From positions 68,765 to 132,764 of the forward strand of contig JAJDCD010000004.1 in NCBI GenBank assembly GCA_029261035.1: a DNA stretch of 64,000 nucleotides, given 5' to 3'. The notes beneath the pieces were generated by a model, which made no database searches, had not been told where the DNA came from, and worked only from the letters and a program-made list of their open reading frames with translations. Numbering within the stretch: the stretch's first letter is position 1; every line of letters begins with the position of its first letter. Made by a program: the position numbers and the translations under genes. Positions 1 to 8,415 of the stretch are shown here, piece by piece. The stretch is from Candidatus Omnitrophota bacterium (GTDB taxonomy: Bacteria; Omnitrophota; Omnitrophia; Omnitrophales; JACROU01).

Positions 1-1144
1 GAACATCTAAAATACCACCCACGTGGCGCATACTTCCATCGGGATAAATCCAACCTATTTGTTCATAGTTCTCTCCGCTATCTCCTTCATTTCTAAAGCC
101 AGCAATCCAATTAGATCCATTCCCAAAGGTGCTTAAATCGGTATCAAAGACTAACCAATAATTCTGATTCGCTTCTAACGTGATTTCTTCTTCAAAACTA
201 AGTTCTGCCCAACCAGCATTAGCATGACCACTTGAAGTTCTTAAAGTAAGCTCCGAGACATCCCTCTCTTCGGAATGGGCAATCAGCTCTCCTAGTTGTC
301 CATTTTGATTTGTATATATTTTTGCCCTCATCAATCCTTGAGGTTCACGCGTCCTTCTCATCCAAAACTCCAATGAAGACACAGCCATATCCGTACCGAA
401 CTGAACACTTTGCGCCATCCCTGTATAGTTTTGGTTACTACCAATTTCAAAAGCTTGGGACCCATCTGAGTAACGTTCGTAAAAGTTATCCGCATCCGGC
501 ATATCAAAATCATCACCATGAATAACACTTAAAGAATTTACATTCCCTAAATGATCAAACTTTCTTTCATAACGTTTAACATCTCCATTAGAGAATTCTT
601 TTTTAACTAAGTATTCATCTTCATAATGCTCTACACTGCCATCAGCTTTATTAATTAAAACAACTTCTCCATTTTGAATCGTCCAACGATCTCCATTTTC
701 ATCATCATAAGTGGCCTTTGAAACTTCTCCGGCATCACTTAGCCTAACATCTGACAACGTTTCTCCTTGCTGACTGACTTGAGAAACACTTCCATTGTTT
801 ATAGAGACATCCCAAGTACCATTAATCCCTTGGTCTAACAAAAATTCTATAGGGTCTGCATAGTTATCTGCAGAGCTTAGAGGCGAATCTTCTAAAAATT
901 CTAACGTTGTCTCATAACCTTCATTAGAATTATATGCTTGAGGGTTTTCGTCCTGCATAAGAGCTTCTTCAGATGACACAACTGGGGCAGCTAGAGGATC
1001 TTCTAGATGAGTTATTGGATTTACGAGTTGAGCTAACCCCAATTGCGAAAACATTACAGTTTGTATTAATGTAACTGATATTATTTTAAGAGCCAGTGAT
1101 TGGTTTTTAATTTTATTTAAGGTGCTTGAGTCCTGGTTATTCAT
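1..1144 (-). CDS. 5' part of a large secreted/surface protein, truncated by the window edge
   Basis: Not in the ORF track. Manual translation from ATG 1144 is open to the window edge (~381 codons): MNNQDSSTLNKIKNQSLALKIISVTLIQTVMFSQLGLAQ... It has a signal-like N-terminus, acidic beta-hairpin-rich segments and a beta-sandwich-like block (MAQSVQF...GWAELSFEEEITLEANQNYWLVFDT). SD-like GAGAGG upstream. Confidence 0.85.
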   Translation of the reverse strand, partial: MNNQDSSTLNKIKNQSLALKIISVTLIQTVMFSQLGLAQLVNPITHLEDPLAAPVVSSEEALMQDENPQAYNSNEGYETTLEFLEDSPLSSADNYADPIEFLLDQGINGTWDVSINNGSVSQVSQQGETLSDVRLSDAGEVSKATYDDENGDRWTIQNGEVVLINKADGSVEHYEDEYLVKKEFSNGDVKRYERKFDHLGNVNSLSVIHGDDFDMPDADNFYERYSDGSQAFEIGSNQNYTGMAQSVQFGTDMAVSSLEFWMRRTREPQGLMRAKIYTNQNGQLGELIAHSEERDVSELTLRTSSGHANAGWAELSFEEEITLEANQNYWLVFDTDLSTFGNGSNWIAGFRNEGDSGENYEQIGWIYPDGSMRHVGGILDV

Positions 1145-1372
1145 GTTCAAAAAATTCCTCTCTCTCACGTTCCTTGTGAGAAAAAAATCCATCATGGATA
1201 ATTAATTATTTTTGAACCTTGAAAATACCTAGGACGACCTGCTTAAAAAAAGCGGGAAGATCAAGGGGGGTTTTGTAAAACAAGTTGTAGGAGTATTTAT
1301 AAACTAAAATAAATTTTTGTCAATACGACAAACAAAAGTTTATTCGGTGCGCTGAAAGATTGTAGAAAAGAA

Positions 1373-1741
1373 CTATAAATCGAGGTCTTTTATAAGCTGA
1401 TCAATTGCTTTGGGAGTAATTGGTTTTTCTAGAAATTCAACAACGCCAATGGTTTCTGTTTCGTGTTTGATATTCGCATCCACATAACCCGTCATTGCTG
1501 TTATTTTTATATCAGGAAATTTCTTTTTGAGGTGACGCATTATGTCCAGACCCCCCATTGCGGTAGCAAGTTTTAAATCAACAAAAGCAAGATGGATAGT
1601 ATCTTCTCCGACTACGTTATCCACATCTTCCCCACTATAAGCCACGCGAACAGAATGTCCTGTTTCACCTTCAATAATTTCTTTAAGGTAATCGCAAATC
1701 TCTTCTTCGTCATCAACAACTAAAATATTGTATTCACTCAT
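1373..1741 (-). CDS. Stand-alone response regulator receiver (CheY-like)
   Basis: ILVVDDEEEIC, FVDLKL phosphoacceptor Asp, MTGY, FLEKP. Confidence 0.9.
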   Translation of the reverse strand: MSEYNILVVDDEEEICDYLKEIIEGETGHSVRVAYSGEDVDNVVGEDTIHLAFVDLKLATAMGGLDIMRHLKKKFPDIKITAMTGYVDANIKHETETIGVVEFLEKPITPKAIDQLIKDLDL

Positions 1742-1786
1742 ATAAACACCCTTTGTCTTCTCTATTAAATATAACCTTCAATACCT

Positions 1787-1813
1787 TTATCGGCAAATAA
1801 GTTAAAATATTAC
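1787..1813 (-). promoter_or_regulatory. Putative sigma28-type promoter
   Basis: Exact GCCGATAA on the minus strand (1787-1794), 45 nt upstream of the receiver gene; -35 match weak (GTAATATT). Confidence 0.45.
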
Positions 1814-1864
1814 CGTATTATTTACGCCTAATAAGGTATTCTGGATTTCTTCTAGTTATAAGTT

Positions 1865-1908
1865 AAAAAGGAGATCTCATCAGCCTTCGGGCAAAAGGCT
1901 GATGAGAT
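1865..1908 (-). terminator. Intrinsic terminator after the beta-propeller gene
   Basis: 14-bp inverted repeat ATCTCATCAGCCTT/AAGGCTGATGAGAT followed on the minus strand by CTCCTTTTT. Confidence 0.7.
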
Positions 1909-1927
1909 GGGGTTTACATCCATGTAA

Positions 1928-2851
1928 CTACTTTGCAGTGTACCAGTCAGGGAAGCTATTTGAGGTGAGATTGTTCTTTGATTGTTGTGGGATTAAAACT
2001 TTTCGAGTCGCTCTTGTTTCAATATTAAGCTCATAGAAAACACCAGGACCCATATCGATTTTTGAATATAAAATTCTTTTTCCGTCAGGAGAAAAGCACA
2101 CACCGCCTTTTCCACCCCAACCATTACCAATCAATTTTGTTTTTTCTGTCTTAAAATCATAGACATAAATATCACGAAGTGTTTGATATCCTGAAACGAC
2201 AAATACGACTTGTTTTCCATCTTGAGAAAAACGAGCCACTTCAGCTTGTTCTTTTAACAATAATATTTCTTTCCCTTTGCGATCCATTACATAAGTATTA
2301 AAGTAAGGATTATTTGCTTCTCTTTGAGCAAATAAGATTCTTTTTCCATCAGAGGAAACATCAATGCTTTTTAGATAAGTTCCCTTATCTAAAACCAAAA
2401 GCTCATTTCTTGATCCTGAATTGATGTCATAGATAGCAAGATGATAAATATAACCATAGCGAGTTTTTTCTGATTCAATCACAGCAAGTTTTTTACCTTT
2501 AGGAAACCAAGCGAATTCTTTAGGTTCAAATTGTGTTTTTACATCTTTAAGAGATCTTCCATTTTCATCAAAAATACTAATTTGAAGATCAAGACCATAA
2601 ATAGAAGTACTAATACATGCAATCTTCTTACCATCGGCAGACCATCTTGGAAACATTCCATTATCTGTAAGAAGTTTAATTTTTTGGTTCTTGTAGATCT
2701 TAACCCCATATCCTTGACTGCCTAATGTCGTCATATAAACAACTTTTCCATCTACCCCTGCTGCTGGGTTAACCGGCATATAGGTGTTAAAAGCCGAGGT
2801 GGCCATCGCTGTGATTACCAGTGCTATAATCGTTAAATAAATTCGCTTCAT
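1928..2851 (-). CDS. Secreted TolB-like/PD40 beta-propeller protein
   Basis: Signal peptide; repeated PRWSADGKKI, WFPKGKKL, VSSDGKRI, FSQDGKQV, FSPDGKRI blades; terminal FPDW. Confidence 0.8.
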   Translation of the reverse strand: MKRIYLTIIALVITAMATSAFNTYMPVNPAAGVDGKVVYMTTLGSQGYGVKIYKNQKIKLLTDNGMFPRWSADGKKIACISTSIYGLDLQISIFDENGRSLKDVKTQFEPKEFAWFPKGKKLAVIESEKTRYGYIYHLAIYDINSGSRNELLVLDKGTYLKSIDVSSDGKRILFAQREANNPYFNTYVMDRKGKEILLLKEQAEVARFSQDGKQVVFVVSGYQTLRDIYVYDFKTEKTKLIGNGWGGKGGVCFSPDGKRILYSKIDMGPGVFYELNIETRATRKVLIPQQSKNNLTSNSFPDWYTAK

Positions 2852-2922
2852 CTTCGTTCCTCCTTCTTTCTATCAGAATATGGTGTAGTTTTACTCTGTA
2901 TATCAAGGATCTTCAAGGAAAG

Positions 2923-3013
2923 TTACTAATGTTTTTTATATGCGATATATAGTCAATTTTAAAAACTAAACTCCTACTGCTACACTATTAGTAATATATA
3001 TGCGATTATTAGT
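2923..3013. promoter_or_regulatory. Candidate operator repeats in the divergent promoter region
   Basis: TATATGCGAT at 2937 and 2997 (60 bp apart); inverted pair TTACTAAT 2923 / ATTAGTAA 2987. Confidence 0.4.
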
Positions 3014-3103
3014 TCAGTATAAAAACTTTTGGTCGTAATTCTATAAATACAGGAATTATGAGTGTTTAGAGATGCTTATAGAAACAGACAACGGAGGCCT
3101 CTT

Positions 3104-3742
3104 ATGTATGATGAGATATCAAATGATTTAAATGAGCAGTTTAAAGACTTTCCTAGAAAAAAGACTCCTCTATGGGGAAAAGCTATAAAAACCATTCTAG
3201 AACAGAAGAAATCTAAAGGAGAAGATATCTCTATTCAGTCTCTAGCCAACAAAGCTGGGATGAATGATAAGAACCTGTTCAACATTGTAGCTGGACGAGT
3301 TCAGGATCCCTCCTCAGATAAATTAGTCCGTATTGCTGAGGCCTTAGGCCTTTCATTCCCAGAATTAGCAGAACGAGCCATTGGTGCTTGGGAAGGTTCT
3401 GTTTTTGTCTGTGGTTTCTCTCAGAGAGGTTATATCGACTACAGCCAGCATGGATTTGCGATTCAATCCTTAACTCCTCCAGGGGCAACTAATCGCGATT
3501 TTTTTGTAGGGCTAATGATGATTAAACCTTTTAAAGAAATGAAAAAGTGGAAGTTTGATAAAAATGCAACCATTTTCATGTTTGTCGAAAATGGAACCTT
3601 AGAAATAACGATTGGAAATCAAATCAAAACTGTAAATGCAAACGAATCCATTTACTTTGACGGCGGAATCTCACATAAAATAAAAAACGTAGACTCGATA
3701 GAAACAAAAATATTCCTAGTCACCCGCCCCCCCATGCATTAA
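3104..3742 (+). CDS. XRE-family HTH plus cupin transcriptional regulator
   Basis: HTH (SIQSLANKAGM...DPSSDKLVRIAEALG) plus C-terminal cupin (GTLEITIG...ESIYFDGGISH). Start moved to ATG 3104 after GGAGG. Confidence 0.85.
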   Translation: MYDEISNDLNEQFKDFPRKKTPLWGKAIKTILEQKKSKGEDISIQSLANKAGMNDKNLFNIVAGRVQDPSSDKLVRIAEALGLSFPELAERAIGAWEGSVFVCGFSQRGYIDYSQHGFAIQSLTPPGATNRDFFVGLMMIKPFKEMKKWKFDKNATIFMFVENGTLEITIGNQIKTVNANESIYFDGGISHKIKNVDSIETKIFLVTRPPMH

Positions 3743-3745
3743 AAA

Positions 3746-3780
3746 ACAGAAGTCAGACGACAGAGGTCTGAAGACAGACA
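3746..3780. repeat. Five degenerate heptamer repeats (nCAGAnn)
   Basis: acagaag tcagacg acagagg tctgaag acagaca. Confidence 0.55.
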
Positions 3781-3798
3781 TTACTTTTTATTTAAATC

Positions 3799-3997
3799 GC
3801 ATCGTCACACATGTGACGATACTGTTACCCTACAAAGCAAAAGTGCTCGATGCACTTTTGCTTTGTACCCTCTCACATCCCAGCGAAATAAGAAAAGCCC
3901 ATGGAACGTTCTCCACCGCGAGTTCACAACAGTGACAGTCACCGTAGGTGACAGTCACTGTTGTGCTGTCTGAGCGCTGGAGAACGTTCCATGGGCT
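3799..3997. repeat. Three-hairpin structured element, copy A
   Basis: Hairpins at 3801-3820, 3831-3867 (16-bp stem, TCGAT loop) and 3896-3997 (20-bp outer stem, internal loop CCGCGAGTT/CTGTCTGAGCGC); homologous to 35398-35592. Confidence 0.75.
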
Positions 3998-4019
3998 GCA
4001 ACCCAACTCTAAATAGCTC

Positions 4020-4853
4020 TTACTTAACTAAACCATGCTTCTGACACATAGCCCTCAAAACCTCTTTCAACTTCTCAACCCCACTCATTTTATTGAGCAC
4101 CTCAAACCCACCTTCTCTAATACTCACAAGACGAGACGCAACATCTTCAGAAGAACTAAAAACCAAAAAGTCTTTTGGGCAATACGCTTCTCCATCTAAG
4201 AACTTCCTGATTAGTTCATCTCCCCACATATATTGCATCCTCATATCAACAATCATAAGATCGGGTTCAAACTCATTTGATATTTTAAAAGCTTCATCTC
4301 CCTGCGTAGTAAATCGAACTTCATAATCCGCATCTTCCGTATTTTGATTCAGTTCCTCCTGCAAATATTCACAAATTTCTTCTTCATCATCAACGAGTAA
4401 GATTTTAGCTTTAGGAATACCCTCTTCTACTATTGTACTTGAAGGTATTGGCACAGCATTATTTTCGAGAAGCCCTACAATACAATCATGCAAATCTTCG
4501 ATAGGATAAGGTTTATTAAAATAAGCTTTAACACTTAAAGCTTCTGATTCTTTTTTTAAAATTCCGGCCACCGATTGAACTATCAGCGGAATTTTAGGGT
4601 AAGCTAAGAGAATCTGTTTTACAGAATCCAAAACACCCATACCAGGCATATTGAGATCTAATAATACCAAACAGATATTCTCGTGAAATTCTTTTACTAT
4701 TTGAACCGCTTCTTTTCCACTTCCTGCAGTTTGAATCGTGTATCCCTTAGGGTTCAGCAATTGGTTCAACATAAAGATAATATCCTTATCATCATCACAG
4801 ATCAAAATTGTATTTTTATTCGGCATCCTTTTTCCTTCCATGCTATATATCAT
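4020..4853 (-). CDS. Response regulator with two tandem receiver domains and no output domain
   Basis: ILICDDD...LLDLNMP...FNKP, then ILLVDDEEEIC...IVDMRM; true start may be 4826. Confidence 0.85.
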   Translation of the reverse strand: MIYSMEGKRMPNKNTILICDDDKDIIFMLNQLLNPKGYTIQTAGSGKEAVQIVKEFHENICLVLLDLNMPGMGVLDSVKQILLAYPKIPLIVQSVAGILKKESEALSVKAYFNKPYPIEDLHDCIVGLLENNAVPIPSSTIVEEGIPKAKILLVDDEEEICEYLQEELNQNTEDADYEVRFTTQGDEAFKISNEFEPDLMIVDMRMQYMWGDELIRKFLDGEAYCPKDFLVFSSSEDVASRLVSIREGGFEVLNKMSGVEKLKEVLRAMCQKHGLVK

Positions 4854-5646
4854 AAATGTCAGGTCTACGATCTTCTAGGACCTTCATTTGACTTCTAACC
4901 TCTTCGGTACGAGATAAATCGATCGTTTCAGTAACTAAAATTTCTTGCTGATCGTTTGTTTCAATGATGACATTGCCCCACGGGTCAATAATCGTAGAAT
5001 TACCACAAAAGGTTACATCTTCTCCACGCCCAAAATCTTTTGTTCCAACTTGATTCACAGCGATAATAAACATCTGATTCTCAATAGCTCTAGCCTTTAA
5101 AAGAGTCTTTAAATGATCTTTCCTTGGATGCGGAAAAGCCAAAGGAATAAGTGCTATATCTGCCCCTTTTAAAGCATAAGAACGAAAAACTTCTGGAAAG
5201 CGAATATCATAACAAATAGCAAGCCCCGTCTTACCCCAAGGAGCCTCCACGATAGTTAACTCTTTTCCTGGAGTTAAATGCTTGTCTTCTTCTGCAAAAC
5301 TAAACAAGTGGGTTTTTCGGTAAAGAGCACTTTGGTTTCCTTCTGGATCAAATAATATTGAGGTATTTGTTGGCTTTTGATCTTCATTTAAAGAAAGGAC
5401 AGAACCACTAATCCAAATCTGATAATCATCTGCAAGATCAGAAATTGCTTGAATGGTATGATCAAATGTATTCGCTAATTTTTTATTCTTCTTCCAATTA
5501 AATCCCGTTGTCCATAACTCTGGAAAAACAATGAGTTCCGAACCCTTTTTAGAAGCTTCTTCCACATATTTCTTTGCTTTTTTTAAATTTCCTTTAGGAT
5601 CACCCGTAATTACATCAATTTGTGCAAGAGACAACTTTAATTTCAC
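4843..5646 (-). CDS. Carbon-nitrogen hydrolase (nitrilase/omega-amidase, YafV/Nit-like)
   Basis: Glu-Lys-Cys triad motifs FPELW, YRKTHLF, ICYDIRFPE; ARAIENQ. Confidence 0.9.
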   Translation of the reverse strand: MKLKLSLAQIDVITGDPKGNLKKAKKYVEEASKKGSELIVFPELWTTGFNWKKNKKLANTFDHTIQAISDLADDYQIWISGSVLSLNEDQKPTNTSILFDPEGNQSALYRKTHLFSFAEEDKHLTPGKELTIVEAPWGKTGLAICYDIRFPEVFRSYALKGADIALIPLAFPHPRKDHLKTLLKARAIENQMFIIAVNQVGTKDFGRGEDVTFCGNSTIIDPWGNVIIETNDQQEILVTETIDLSRTEEVRSQMKVLEDRRPDIYDI

Positions 5647-5647
5647 T

Positions 5648-6772
5648 TCAAACCTCTAAGAGTTCTTCATAAACAGATTCAAATATGAATCGACCCGTTC
5701 TAGTTAAACATATTCGATCCTGTTTATATTCAATCAATTTTTTTTCAATTAAATATTCTAATTTAGGCTCAACTTGATCAGCAATCAATTTTAATTCTTT
5801 CAAGCAGATTCCCTCTTGAAGCCGAAGACGAGTCATTAATGTTTCATACTCTTTTTGTTCTGGGGACAAAACATCCTGTTCGATAGGTTCCCATTCAGAT
5901 TGATCACATTTAGATAGATACTGATTTACATTTCCTGCAAACTTAAAACGTGTTCCATTTAAATAAGAAAATGCCCCGGGTCCAAGCCCTAAATATTCCT
6001 GATTATACCAATAAATCAGATTATGTTTCGATTCTTTTCCCTTCTGAGCATAATTCATTAATTCATAAGGCTCATAGCCTGCTTGTCGTAAAAGTGTATC
6101 CACTAGAATTGCCATATCTCTATGACTTTCCTCCTTAGGTAATTGCAATTCTCCCTTTCTCTGTCTTACACCATAAACCGTATTTTTATGGACATCCAAA
6201 TCATAGACTGAAACTTGAGAAACATTTAATGAAATTAAATTTTCAAGAGAATCTTTAACATCCGCTAAAGTTTGTTGAGGTAATCTTATAATGAGATCCG
6301 AGCTGATATTATTAAAGTTGAATTTCTTCAACAGTTGAATAGAAGCGATAATACCCTCTGGAGTATGCATTCGTCCCATATCTTTTAACAGCTGCTCATT
6401 AAAGGACTGCACTCCTAGGCTAATACGGTTAACACCTAAACTTCTGTAACATTCTAATTTGGATTCGGTTATATCTTCTGGGTTTAATTCACATGAAATT
6501 TCGGCTGATGCATCAATCTCAAAATGTTGATGCACTAAGTCAAAAACTAAGCCCATTTCTTCCTCGGAGAGAATTGAAGGCGTTCCACCCCCTATATAAA
6601 AAGTATCAAAATGCATCTTTCCATAAAGGGAATTATAGTATTCTATTTGTTTTTGAAGAGATAAGAGAAAATGCTGTTTTCTCTTGCTAGACTCATCTAC
6701 CGTAAGAACAAAATCACAGTAATGACAACGACGATGACAAAAAGGGATATGAATATATAGGCCACGTTTCAT
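5648..6772 (-). CDS. hemW: Radical SAM heme chaperone HemW
   Basis: YIHIPFCHRRCHYCDF, GGGTPS, HNLIYW (HNxxYW signature). Confidence 0.9.
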   Translation of the reverse strand: MKRGLYIHIPFCHRRCHYCDFVLTVDESSKRKQHFLLSLQKQIEYYNSLYGKMHFDTFYIGGGTPSILSEEEMGLVFDLVHQHFEIDASAEISCELNPEDITESKLECYRSLGVNRISLGVQSFNEQLLKDMGRMHTPEGIIASIQLLKKFNFNNISSDLIIRLPQQTLADVKDSLENLISLNVSQVSVYDLDVHKNTVYGVRQRKGELQLPKEESHRDMAILVDTLLRQAGYEPYELMNYAQKGKESKHNLIYWYNQEYLGLGPGAFSYLNGTRFKFAGNVNQYLSKCDQSEWEPIEQDVLSPEQKEYETLMTRLRLQEGICLKELKLIADQVEPKLEYLIEKKLIEYKQDRICLTRTGRFIFESVYEELLEV

Positions 6773-6829
6773 ATAGCCTATTATTCGTATCTGCCCTTAT
6801 AAATCAAGTGTTTTAAGGAATACGACTTT

Positions 6830-6893
6830 AAAAAGGGCAAAACCTCAAAGCGAGTCTCGCGTCCTAGGCTTTTCCCACCAAAGGCTTGCCCTT
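6830..6893 (-). terminator. Terminator-like stem with a large structured loop
   Basis: AAGGGCAA/TTGCCCTT stem plus T-run, immediately after the stop of the 57-aa ORF. Confidence 0.55.
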
Positions 6894-6899
6894 CCAATC

Positions 6900-7073
6900 T
6901 TACATTTCTTGTTCTTCCCATGAATTTCTTCGAACTAGAATATGGAGCATTTCTTCTAAACAACACATTACTTTTCCGTCATCTATATTCGATCGATCTT
7001 CAAACTCCTCCTCTAGTAAAGACTGAAGAGTTCGTATTTCTTCATAGATATAATTTTTTAATACTAACTTCAT
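6900..7073 (-). CDS. Small acidic hypothetical protein, 57 aa
   Basis: Below the track cut-off: MKLVLKNYIYEEIRTLQSLLEEEFEDRSNIDDGKVMCCLEEMLHILVRRNSWEEQEM. Purine-rich SD (AAGGGA), TTGACT -35 box at 7155-7160, downstream terminator. Confidence 0.6.
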   Translation of the reverse strand: MKLVLKNYIYEEIRTLQSLLEEEFEDRSNIDDGKVMCCLEEMLHILVRRNSWEEQEM

Positions 7074-7323
7074 TGCTCAGATTCCCTTCTTAACTCCTCT
7101 AGAAATATATCCTCTTACTTAACTCATCTTAATATTTAACTTTTCGTTGCTTAAAGTCAATAGAGCAAAAAAAGTTTTAAAGTTACAATTAAACATTGTA
7201 CTCATAGAGAAAATTTCAAGAAAAATAACCATGGCAAGAAAAGGAGTTACAACAATTAAAGAGGTTAATAAAGGTATTAAAAGCACGAAGAGAAATCTTA
7301 TTTTTTTGAGCAGAAATAATAAA

Positions 7324-8415
7324 TCAAAAGATAGAGCGGTTGCGATGGATGGATAACAAGAGCCCTAAAGATATAAACATACTAATTATAGAAGACCCTC
7401 CATAACTAATAAAAGGCAACGGCAATCCTGTGATGGGCATATAACCAATAGTCATTCCGATATTAACAAAAACCTGAAAAGCAATCATAGAAACAACCCC
7501 AACGACTAAAATCCTACCAGAAACATCTGTGGTCTGATGAGCAATAGACACGGCACACCAAAAGAAAATAAGATAAAGTAGAACGATAGAAACAGCACCT
7601 AAAAAACCCCACTCTTCTCCTATAACACTAAAAATAAAATCTGTATGGCGTTCTGGAAGAAACTGTAACTGACTTTGAGTTCCTTCTTGCCATCCTTTTC
7701 CAGTTATCATTCCCGAACCAACAGCAATTTTAGATTGAATAGCGGAGTAACCCGAACCTAAAGGATCAATATTGGGATTAATAAACACAAGGAGCCTCCG
7801 TTTCTGGTACTCCTTCAGCATAAACCAAAAAATAGGCATACTGATCAACCCGGTAAGAATCGTTCCGATCAAATATCGAAGCTTAGCTCCCCAAACAAAA
7901 AGCATACAAAAATAAATAGGAACAAAGATAAGTGCTGTGCCCAAATCGGGCTGTTTTACAATAAAGGCTAATGGAAATAAGACAATCAATGAAGCAATAA
8001 AAAAACTAACCCTATGGTCTTGCGTTGGTTTCTTTCCACCCAAATAGTGTGCTAAGGCTAAAATTGTTGCCAGCTTACAAAATTCCGATGGCTGCAAAGC
8101 AATAAAACCCAAATGAAGCCAACGCTGCGCTCCCTGACGAACAACACCCGTAATTAATACCAATAATAATAAAGCAATAGAAATAGCATATAGAACATAT
8201 GAAAGATTTAAGAAAGGTCGGTATCCTAAAACAAGAATAATAAACATAAACAAAATTCCGACTCCAATCCATATTAATTGTTTATGTACGTAATCCACAT
8301 TCAGAGATGAAGAAGCACTTGCTATGACCACAAGTCCCGAAACTGAGAGAAGAAGAGCTATGAAAAACAGAGCCCAATGGAAATCTTTAATAAATGATTT
8401 AAGCTGCATGAACAA
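7324..8415 (-). CDS. rodA: Rod shape-determining SEDS protein RodA
   Basis: LQPSEFCK, QPDLGT, FLPERHTDFIF, PFISYGGSS; follows mrdA. Confidence 0.95.
   Translation of the reverse strand: MFMQLKSFIKDFHWALFFIALLLSVSGLVVIASASSSLNVDYVHKQLIWIGVGILFMFIILVLGYRPFLNLSYVLYAISIALLLLVLITGVVRQGAQRWLHLGFIALQPSEFCKLATILALAHYLGGKKPTQDHRVSFFIASLIVLFPLAFIVKQPDLGTALIFVPIYFCMLFVWGAKLRYLIGTILTGLISMPIFWFMLKEYQKRRLLVFINPNIDPLGSGYSAIQSKIAVGSGMITGKGWQEGTQSQLQFLPERHTDFIFSVIGEEWGFLGAVSIVLLYLIFFWCAVSIAHQTTDVSGRILVVGVVSMIAFQVFVNIGMTIGYMPITGLPLPFISYGGSSIISMFISLGLLLSIHRNRSIF

Noticed and set aside
310-525. 71-aa + strand ORF
   Set aside because: Antisense shadow of the long minus-strand ORF 1-1144
3799-3997. CRISPR array or tRNA
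   Set aside because: No direct repeat-spacer periodicity, no cas genes, no cloverleaf or T-loop consensus
6781-6966. 61-aa minus-strand ORF from the track
   Set aside because: TTG start inside the better-supported 57-aa ORF in another frame, and it runs through the terminator hairpin
7147-7356. Basic + strand ORF (MARKGVTTIK... from 7231)
   Set aside because: No SD, overlaps the rodA 3' end antisense, no recognisable family; cannot be fully excluded
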